A program made the position numbers and the translations under genes. The notes below the pieces were generated by a model. That model was given only the letters and a program-made list of their open reading frames with translations, was not told where the DNA came from and made no database searches. Shown one piece after another: positions 56,677 to 64,000 of a stretch of DNA of 64,000 bases. The stretch is from NCBI GenBank assembly GCA_039815375.1, contig JBCBZJ010000001.1, forward strand, positions 160,001 through 224,000, in the 5' to 3' direction. The DNA comes from Verrucomicrobiota bacterium (GTDB taxonomy: Bacteria > Verrucomicrobiota > Verrucomicrobiia > Opitutales > Coraliomargaritaceae). The first letter of the stretch is position 1, and each line of letters opens with the position of its first letter.

Positions 56677-59600
56677 TTAGTTGGAAGAGTCTGCCGTAAT
56701 ATCGAGCCTCAGGAAGCGCTCCGGATCAGATGGCGGCGTAGTCTCCGTGTAACTACGTGTGAAGGTTCCGTCGCCATTATCGATCACGCTGGTCGTGAAT
56801 TCGACCGAGGCAAAATCGACTGTCAGATCACTGGTCGCGAGCAGAATGACGGTGATTCCATCCGGCTCATTCTCAAGATCGCTTGTCAGGGTAAGCGCGA
56901 GTGTTCCATCTGAATCGATGCTGTAGCGAATGAAGTCCGGCCCCGAGCCATCCCCAAATCCGGCAAGGTATTCTTCGATCACCGTGAAACCATTGTCATT
57001 GATATCAGTTTCAAGGTCGCCGGCCGTTAATGAACGAGCCGCAAGGTAGTCGCCGAGTGGATCAGAAGCCGATAAAGCATCAACGACTATATTGTCGATG
57101 AACCATTGTTCTGAACCAGTATCGGTTCCGTCTGCAGTATATTTGAATGCGAAATAGACGCCGGTTTGGCCTTCAAGTAAGGCAGGAAGAGCAATATCAC
57201 CGGAGGACGATGATGAGAAGTTTTCGTCCGCAGAGGTGTCCGTAAAAGTGAAATTCACCGTTGTCCAAATCACTCCAACTGCCTCTGGGTCCCCTGATCC
57301 AGAATAATTTGTCGAGTAGAGTAATTCAAGATCAGGACCATCAAATGCTTCACCATAATCGAATGCGATGGTGACATCAGAAACACCTGTGAAGTCAAAT
57401 GCAGGTGAGACTAAATAATGATTCTCTGTCGAAGGTCCGTCAGCAAAGCCGTCTGCCTCTGCGCGTTCATCTGCATTATCAATTACCCAAGGGAAACTTC
57501 CGGCTACGGTTTGGTTGACCCATGTGGAGATCCCACTGAAGTCCTCTGTAATCGGATAGGTCGGAAGAACAGGTCCTGAACCGTCTGGATGGATGCCTGG
57601 GGTCATATCTTCAACGTTCGCAACACCATTCGGATTGGTGTCCGCATCGCTGTTGATTGTCCATTCTGAGACATTGAAGGTCGTATTTCCAGATGTGATT
57701 TCCGCGTTGCGAACAGCGCGACCATCTTGGAACCAACGGTCGTCTGAATTTTGTGCCTGTGTGCCAGGGGTGCCATAGATGTCCACCAGTGTGCCGGTGG
57801 ATTGACCGCCGCCAAAGCGAAGTTCAAAGTTATCGTCACCGTTACTGCTAGGGCCGCCGCCTTGATCTTCCGCAAGGCCATAGACCGCGTCGAAGTTTGT
57901 GGCATCTTGAGCGATTACGTAAGTGCCACCGGCAGGTATTGTTCCGGTGAGTGCCAACTCAGAACCGCTGCTGTTCGCGTTGAAATAAGTGATCAAATTC
58001 CAGTTACCTGCGCTTAGGTCGACAGTAGCATCCGAAGCATTGTAGAGCTCGACAAATCTTCCGTCTCCGCCGTTGTCGTTGGGGTCTGCGATTTCTGAGA
58101 TAAAGACGGCAGGGATAACAATGTCATCGTCTTGAATCGTTAATGTAATTGTATCTGCAGAACTAATTTCAGCACTTGCATTGTTGGAGATGAGGTTGGA
58201 GAGGTCGAAGAGTGCGTTCTCATTTCCTTCGGCATCGTTATCGTCCGTGATTGTGACAGTAACGGTTTGCTGGTCACCCGATAAAGAGTTTGCCGGGAAT
58301 ACAACAGTCTGAGTTGTGTAACCTGCAATGTCTGAAGTATCTGCAGTGCTTGAGGCAGAATTGAAGACAACGTCGATAGAAACGCTGTTGGAACCGTCAG
58401 GGTTTGAAATCTCAAGAGTAAGGTCTGCAGAAACCCCATCTTCAGCAACGGCGATCGAAATCTCTGAAAAGCCGACTATAGTAGGAACTGTGGCAAGTGC
58501 GGTTGTACCGAGAAATTCGTCTTCGCCAAAGCTTGCCTCGTCGACAATACTGTTCGTGACTTCAGTCCAGATAGAAGCAAACTGAGTGGAAGTTGCGTTG
58601 GAACCTGCACTCAGGTCATAGCCTTGGAAGGCACCTGCACGAACAAAGCTGGTGTTCGCACCTTCATTTCCGCTATTCGTAAAACCAATCGCATCTACGA
58701 TATTCGAAGGATCTGGAGTCGTGCTATTGTAGATAACAATCGAGTCGTTGCCGTTGAAAGTCAAGGCACCTGGAAAGCCCTGGGTAAGCGCAGTGCTAGC
58801 CGCTGGAATCGGCGAAGCTGCACTGGAATTGGCAAGAACTACAGTTTGATTTGGGTCGAGTGTCCCTAGAGGTGTTAGATCAAGTGTGTCATAATCATCG
58901 ACTGGTGCCGAAGTGGCTGTCTTGTATTCCTCTGCACGGGCGTTGCCCCAGCGTGCAATGATATAGCCTGTTAAATCGATCGGGCTGGCACCGACGTTTG
59001 TGATCTCGATGTATTTGTTGTTACTTGAGCCTTCATAGTACTGGGAGATGATAAGATCTCCGGATACTGCTGGTATGTCGACGTCAACAACGGTGATATC
59101 GATTGTATCAAGAGTGAACCCTGTGGCATTTGCTGTCAGGGCGACAATTTGATCGGTATCAAAGAGGTTGTCGGTCTGGCCATTGACGTTGAAGTCAATG
59201 CTGTTGGTTGCGTCGAGCACCGTTACGCTGGCAGGGAAGGTGAGTTCGGAACCATCGTCGTTGCTACTTAGGAAAATCTCGGTGTCGCCGCTGGCATTTG
59301 ATGGTAGCGTCAAGGTAACTACCAAGGTAGCGCCTTCGTTTACTGACATAGGTGTTGCGCTCAGTGTGATGGACGAATCGCTCGAAGCGTTGCCGATAAC
59401 TAAGGGGTTCTGTAAATCCCAGTCACGTCCATCATCTTCGACTCCACCGGTAATATACTTGAAGCCCAGACGAACGGTGTTGCCGGAAATCGTGCTTAAA
59501 TCGACTGAAGTAGACGTGTAGGGTGTCTGTGAACCGGTAGATTTATTGGCATCGAATTCCGCATTTGTTGTGGTAAACGGAAGCCATGTAGTTGTTGTGG

Positions 59601-60891
59601 GATCACCTGTGTAATTTGTCGTATAAAATAGCTCTAGTCCGACTGCGTTTGGATCTTCGAAGTTACTTCGGTAGTCGAACTCGAAGGTCTCGTCTTCGAA
59701 ACTGTCCAAATCTATTTCGGGTGAGATCAGCCAGTCTTCTTCTGGGTTTGTACCCCCGAAGCCGTTGCAGCTAGCAAAGGTTCCGCTGACAAACCAAGAA
59801 TCGTCACCGGCTACATCAACTGCCGTCCAGTCATCGAAGTTGTCAGCAGTTTGCAAAGCAAAGGTGCTGGTGGTGGCGGAAACCGAAGAAGTGCTGTTGG
59901 AGTATGTTGTGCTGCCATCGACCGAGAAAGCGACGATGTAGTAAGTTGTCCCTGGGGCTAAGCCTGTGATGGTTGCCGGAGAGCTTGAGAAGACGCCTGC
60001 TACGATGCCTCCGCCAGGGATTAAATCGCCTGGGGTGTAAGTTGTAGAATCGACGGGCGCACCGAAGCTGTCTTCTATGTTGTAAACAACTAGAGTGTCA
60101 TTCGAGCTGTCGGGAGTGAAGGTTAGAACGATTTGATCTTTATTGTTTGGAGCTGTATCTGGGATGGCGGAAAGTACTGTTGGTGCTTGAGGACCTGAAG
60201 GTGGCGTAGAAACCTGCACAACTAGATTGTCCATTGCGAAGTTGTCTGTGCCGTTGTCGTTTGAGAACTCTGCCCTGATTTCGAGCGTCGATTCAGTTCC
60301 GCTAAGTGAAAATGTATTACTAATATTAGTCGAAGCAATGGATAGAGCGGTTGCACTTGAATCGCCGGTTGTTCCTGAGAAGTCGGTGATCTCGTATACA
60401 TCGCTGTTGTTCAAGCCGACTTGACCACCAACGCCTAGGATTGGAGTCCACGTTCCGCCATCTAGACGGTAGGAGACTACGATGTAGTCGTTTGAGTCAG
60501 CCTGTGTGCTTGCAAAGTCTGCACTGATCTCAAGAAATGTTTCGCCGCTTAGCGAGATGCTGCTCCATGTAAGCGTGTATGGGAGAACTGGGCCGTCTCC
60601 ATCCATATCTTCGTTAATGAGATAGAAGTTATCAAAGCCGGTATAGGCCTCGCTGCCACTTGGCTCGCTTCCCGAGCCGAAATTGTCTCCATCGGCAGCA
60701 ATATCGATAATTCCAAAGTAATCACTTGCGTCGTCACTAAAGAAGGTTGCAGAAGCAACGTTTCCGTCGGTGATCGCAAAGCCCGTATCGCTGTCAAACG
60801 TCTCATTCAGGAGTTGAGCCGAGGAATTTTGCCCAAGAGTGAAAAAAATAGCAGTGATAACTAAGCGTAGGTTATTCATGTGTCTTTTCAT
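56677..60891 (-). CDS. Large secreted multidomain protein: two lamin-tail domains, Calx-beta-like, choice-of-anchor-J/DUF5017-like, FN3-like, verrucomicrobial C-terminal domain
   Basis: LIISQYYEGSSNNKYIEI and FISEIADP...RFVELYN (LTD); EDWLISPEIDL and NHYLVSPAFDF; VGFSEISIAVAED; tail DINDNG...EEYLAG...TSDL...RFLRL. Confidence 0.82.
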   Translation of the reverse strand: MKRHMNNLRLVITAIFFTLGQNSSAQLLNETFDSDTGFAITDGNVASATFFSDDASDYFGIIDIAADGDNFGSGSEPSGSEAYTGFDNFYLINEDMDGDGPVLPYTLTWSSISLSGETFLEISADFASTQADSNDYIVVSYRLDGGTWTPILGVGGQVGLNNSDVYEITDFSGTTGDSSATALSIASTNISNTFSLSGTESTLEIRAEFSNDNGTDNFAMDNLVVQVSTPPSGPQAPTVLSAIPDTAPNNKDQIVLTFTPDSSNDTLVVYNIEDSFGAPVDSTTYTPGDLIPGGGIVAGVFSSSPATITGLAPGTTYYIVAFSVDGSTTYSNSTSSVSATTSTFALQTADNFDDWTAVDVAGDDSWFVSGTFASCNGFGGTNPEEDWLISPEIDLDSFEDETFEFDYRSNFEDPNAVGLELFYTTNYTGDPTTTTWLPFTTTNAEFDANKSTGSQTPYTSTSVDLSTISGNTVRLGFKYITGGVEDDGRDWDLQNPLVIGNASSDSSITLSATPMSVNEGATLVVTLTLPSNASGDTEIFLSSNDDGSELTFPASVTVLDATNSIDFNVNGQTDNLFDTDQIVALTANATGFTLDTIDITVVDVDIPAVSGDLIISQYYEGSSNNKYIEITNVGASPIDLTGYIIARWGNARAEEYKTATSAPVDDYDTLDLTPLGTLDPNQTVVLANSSAASPIPAASTALTQGFPGALTFNGNDSIVIYNSTTPDPSNIVDAIGFTNSGNEGANTSFVRAGAFQGYDLSAGSNATSTQFASIWTEVTNSIVDEASFGEDEFLGTTALATVPTIVGFSEISIAVAEDGVSADLTLEISNPDGSNSVSIDVVFNSASSTADTSDIAGYTTQTVVFPANSLSGDQQTVTVTITDDNDAEGNENALFDLSNLISNNASAEISSADTITLTIQDDDIVIPAVFISEIADPNDNGGDGRFVELYNASDATVDLSAGNWNLITYFNANSSGSELALTGTIPAGGTYVIAQDATNFDAVYGLAEDQGGGPSSNGDDNFELRFGGGQSTGTLVDIYGTPGTQAQNSDDRWFQDGRAVRNAEITSGNTTFNVSEWTINSDADTNPNGVANVEDMTPGIHPDGSGPVLPTYPITEDFSGISTWVNQTVAGSFPWVIDNADERAEADGFADGPSTENHYLVSPAFDFTGVSDVTIAFDYGEAFDGPDLELLYSTNYSGSGDPEAVGVIWTTVNFTFTDTSADENFSSSSSGDIALPALLEGQTGVYFAFKYTADGTDTGSEQWFIDNIVVDALSASDPLGDYLAARSLTAGDLETDINDNGFTVIEEYLAGFGDGSGPDFIRYSIDSDGTLALTLTSDLENEPDGITVILLATSDLTVDFASVEFTTSVIDNGDGTFTRSYTETTPPSDPERFLRLDITADSSN

Positions 60892-60913
60892 TGGCTGTTT
60901 TGTCTTCCATTTT

Positions 60914-61672
60914 CTAGGGCTCTAAGACGTCAGAAGATCCTCGAGAGCCAGTATATTCGGTAAGTCGTTGAGTTCGGATACGAAAACTATTGGGGTTTTT
61001 CGGGCTGCGAAGGATCATCAGAGTTCTTCGATCAGGTGAAAAACGAAGTTTATTCATTAACACTTTTTGATATCCTTCTTCCCTTTCGATGACTAGCCCT
61101 ATCGGAGTTGGCTCTTCGAAGTAACCATTTAAGTCGATCGGTTCAGAAGCACCTGGAGCGAGTCTTAGTCGCTCTTCGCCGAGGATTCCGAAAAATGTTG
61201 CTCCTGTTGTATTAAAGAATACGAGCGAGTCTTCAGGAAAAGTGTTGGGAGAGTCGAACATGAACGAAACATTGTAGGTTTCGGTTTCACTTAGCGGTAA
61301 GAAGAAAAGCATTATGTCATCTCTCAATTTGCCCTCTCCTGGGTCGATAGTACCAACTCTTTGAAATTCAATTACTCCTTCGCTATTAGTCATTTCACGA
61401 AAGAAAACCACAGGGGTCGGACCATTGTAAGAGAAACCTAGCGTTCGCTCATGAGGATTAAAAAGAAGCTCCTTGGTTCCTTTTTCTGGGTCACCATTGG
61501 GTGCGTAGAGAATACCTGTCCAATTTCCAGGTTCTAGCGGAAAGACCGAAAAATCAAAACTGACCCGAGCGGTTCCATCTACGTCTTGGCAAAAGCCCGA
61601 AAAATTAAGGCCGACGCTTAAAGCGTAGACTAATATGAGTTTAACTTGGTTCATCGGCGAGGAATCGGACAC
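60914..61672 (-). CDS. Exported hypothetical protein (cassette-associated)
   Basis: Signal peptide; YNGP..VVFF and FP..SLVFFNTT; overlaps the upstream gene. Confidence 0.7.
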   Translation of the reverse strand: MSDSSPMNQVKLILVYALSVGLNFSGFCQDVDGTARVSFDFSVFPLEPGNWTGILYAPNGDPEKGTKELLFNPHERTLGFSYNGPTPVVFFREMTNSEGVIEFQRVGTIDPGEGKLRDDIMLFFLPLSETETYNVSFMFDSPNTFPEDSLVFFNTTGATFFGILGEERLRLAPGASEPIDLNGYFEEPTPIGLVIEREEGYQKVLMNKLRFSPDRRTLMILRSPKNPNSFRIRTQRLTEYTGSRGSSDVLEP

Positions 61673-64000
61673 TTATGATTCTGAATTGCCGCAGATTATC
61701 TGATGTAGCCGGCGTCATTGGGTCGGAACCGTCGATTTTTTCTGGTAAGCGTTGAATGACAGCTTCGCACCAAACTTCACCTGCCGTATCCCCTGTGACA
61801 GGGTCAGTCGTCGCACCGTAGGCGTGAATTTTGAAGGTGTCCGAGCGCGTGGTAGCCTGCGGTGCAATTTTTGTTAGTATGTCGTTTTGAGTCAGGAACA
61901 CATTTGAGAACTCCATAATGTCCTCGTTGATTTGTGGGATGCCACCGCCCCCATTTGTCTGTCCCACATCGTCAACTGCGTCTCGAATTAAGCCCGAGTT
62001 GACAAAGGTTACCATGTCCGAGAATGGCATTCCACGCTCTTGTATCTTAAGAACAATATTCTCTGCAAGCTGCCTTAGCTGAAGTGTGCCATCGTCTCCA
62101 TGCAAGGAGCGAATGCCTTGTTCAAAGAAGCGATCAGGACTCTGGATCTGATTTGCTGTAACAAAAAAGTCATCAGTGCGGGCTTGGTATTGCGGTAGCC
62201 GGAAAAAAGCTGCTGATCGAGTAACACTTGTCGATCCACCCAAATTTTCATCCAGTGCTTCAGGAGTTAGGATTGGAGATGATAGCACGGATTCCCATGC
62301 TTCTATCGAGGTCGAGTTAATATTGAAGCTACCCACTATTAGCTCTTTGGCGGCATCGTCTTCGTCAGGATCCAAATCTACATTTTCGAGACCCAAAATT
62401 GCCGGACTAGCAAGCATCGGGTCACCATTTGCAGGATTTATTATTTTGGGTGAAAAGTAGTATTGGTCGAATGCTTCATTGAAAGTGCTACCCCAAGGAC
62501 TGCCTATTGAACGTGGGCTCCTGCGATAGATATGTAGAGATGATAATTGTCCAACGGAAAGCACCTCTCCATCTGGCATGTCATATAGAAAAGCATCGCG
62601 GTAATCATTTGCGTGGGACCGCCCAGTTGGGTCCATGATTTGATCCAGCAGACTGAATAGATTGCTGTCGTCTTGAATAATAAAAGAAGGATCGGTGTAG
62701 CTTGGCTCAAGAATCGAGCTCACATCCTTTTGGACTCCTTCAATATCTGTAAATTGTTCGGATGCGTTGAGATCTGGGTCTCGAAGGTCGAGAGCTGTCA
62801 TAATGTCCTTCATTGAACTAAGGTCAGTATCGTCACTCTTAACTCTGAAGTGGTAAGCAAACAGGTAATCCTCCCGCTCGTAGGTACTACTTGTGAGCCT
62901 TGAGAAGGGGTTGGTTCCTGAATTGAAGGTTTTTTGAATGACAAAGTCATCAAATTGAAGCTCTTCAAACCTCGATATTGGTGGACGACTTGCAAGGCTA
63001 CCACTTGGTGAGTAAGGGACAACCGTCAATGTTACTCCTTGCGTAGGATGGATTGCAGTGATCTGAATTGTAGAATCGTCCTCAGGTTTAGTATTCTGAT
63101 TGTCGGACCACCGATCGGTTCCAAAGTCACGGGCGATTCCGCGCTTTTGAACTAATGGGTCCGGTTCTAGCACTCTGTAGACTTCCCCAGGGTTTAAAAC
63201 AGGGACGTCAGGTGTTCCAAGTGGGGAGATTTCGAACCAACTATTGATTGTGCGCCGACTATCAAAAGCTGAATAGGCCGAGAATGCGTTCAAATTCTCT
63301 GTGACAGCAGGTGTAGTTGTAGGAGATGCCGTGTCTTCAACTGTAATCGTTGGGAGATTGTCGAAAAGTAGAACAACACCGCGGTCGTAGGCTGCATCTG
63401 CGTCAGCCGGAAATCGCAGTGGAAGCGAATAGGGGTTGGTGAATTCTGCTTCTACGTGGTAGCGAATGCGGAGTTTTCCATCAGAATCTGTATGGAACAA
63501 TCCGATGTAGAGGACGACCTCTGTGAGTAGTGGCCTAGGGCTATGATAGGGCTTTCCTGAAAAAGAGCGTCGTGAGGGAAGTCCTGATTCAACGTCCATC
63601 ACGCCTCCTTTTACTGAAAGAAATTCTTGCGTCTCATCAGTAGCGAGAAAGGAGTCTCGGAAACCTGTATCGCTGAGATTTTTCTTTAGACCTCCGTTCG
63701 CAGGATTCTCTATTACGCCCAGTGCAACGGTGGTTAAATTATGTCGAGTTTCTATAAACTCTCCAGATACAGGGATAAGAGGATTGTTCGAGCTGTCTTT
63801 GAGCACAGGCAAATCGTCAAACCCGAAAACCCTCTTTAAAGAATTAGCAAAGTCTTCATTGTTAAGATCTAGATCAACTCCTACGAAGAACGAATCGAGC
63901 CCGACACCAAATGCAGCCTGATACTCGGTTGCTCTTCGTTCAGCGCTCAATCCAGGGTCATTGTAGGTGGCAACAGCCTCCCGTCTGGCAGTGAGTGACG
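61641..64000 (-). CDS. Verru_Chthon cassette protein A / PilX-GspK-like protein, C-terminal part (5' end beyond the window)
   Basis: Frame stays open from 63950 to the window end; GGLKKNL, GSFNINSTS..AW, TTRSDTFKIHAYG, WCEAVIQR, RQFRIISVRFL. Confidence 0.72.
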   Translation of the reverse strand, partial: SLTARREAVATYNDPGLSAERRATEYQAAFGVGLDSFFVGVDLDLNNEDFANSLKRVFGFDDLPVLKDSSNNPLIPVSGEFIETRHNLTTVALGVIENPANGGLKKNLSDTGFRDSFLATDETQEFLSVKGGVMDVESGLPSRRSFSGKPYHSPRPLLTEVVLYIGLFHTDSDGKLRIRYHVEAEFTNPYSLPLRFPADADAAYDRGVVLLFDNLPTITVEDTASPTTTPAVTENLNAFSAYSAFDSRRTINSWFEISPLGTPDVPVLNPGEVYRVLEPDPLVQKRGIARDFGTDRWSDNQNTKPEDDSTIQITAIHPTQGVTLTVVPYSPSGSLASRPPISRFEELQFDDFVIQKTFNSGTNPFSRLTSSTYEREDYLFAYHFRVKSDDTDLSSMKDIMTALDLRDPDLNASEQFTDIEGVQKDVSSILEPSYTDPSFIIQDDSNLFSLLDQIMDPTGRSHANDYRDAFLYDMPDGEVLSVGQLSSLHIYRRSPRSIGSPWGSTFNEAFDQYYFSPKIINPANGDPMLASPAILGLENVDLDPDEDDAAKELIVGSFNINSTSIEAWESVLSSPILTPEALDENLGGSTSVTRSAAFFRLPQYQARTDDFFVTANQIQSPDRFFEQGIRSLHGDDGTLQLRQLAENIVLKIQERGMPFSDMVTFVNSGLIRDAVDDVGQTNGGGGIPQINEDIMEFSNVFLTQNDILTKIAPQATTRSDTFKIHAYGATTDPVTGDTAGEVWCEAVIQRLPEKIDGSDPMTPATSDNLRQFRIISVRFLADEPS

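Noticed and set aside
1..64000. CRISPR arrays, tRNA/rRNA genes, intact transposases, integrases, prophage or defence genes
   Set aside because: No repeat-spacer periodicity, cloverleaf/rRNA signatures or such protein motifs were found by eye; short divergent elements could have been missed.

Overview
Bacterial chromosome segment, most likely Verrucomicrobiota (Opitutae/Puniceicoccales-like). This is inferred from the PEP-CTERM proteins, a Verru_Chthon-cassette-like gene, fused ccoNO and a W-x3-DP repeat protein. Left end (1-13.2 kb, minus strand): a type IV filament operon mixing T2SS and T4P traits. It has four prepilins, a PilM/N(GspL)-like gene, a PilO-like gene, PilT, PilB/GspE, PilC/GspF and a secretin with an apparent PilP/GspC-HR domain fused to its N-terminus. 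A Fur-like palindrome precedes it, and further upstream an O-antigen-ligase/O-OTase-TPR gene is broken by one in-frame TAG. Next come a CxxC TonB-dependent receptor plus thioredoxin behind a perfect palindrome, a secreted glucose/sorbosone dehydrogenase-family protein, and housekeeping genes (polA, cca, nadK, pseudouridine synthase, fabG-acpP-fabF, hisH, gltA, hpt, fbaA, uvrB). An orphan pntA fragment abuts a ~220-nt strongly base-paired non-coding element resembling an IS110-type non-coding end with no transposase. A cbb3 oxidase operon (ccoS-NO-Q-P-G-H-I) lies opposite a PocR-AraC regulator. Right end (48.8-64 kb, minus strand): an uncharacterised envelope cassette of a Verru_Chthon A/PilX-like gene, a 1404-aa non-catalytic lamin-tail-domain surface protein, a 965-aa TPR protein, ExbB, a TonB-like vWA protein, two ExbD and a lamin-tail-like PEP-CTERM protein. 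No rRNA, tRNA or CRISPR array was seen. All family calls come from reading motifs by eye; no database searches were run.
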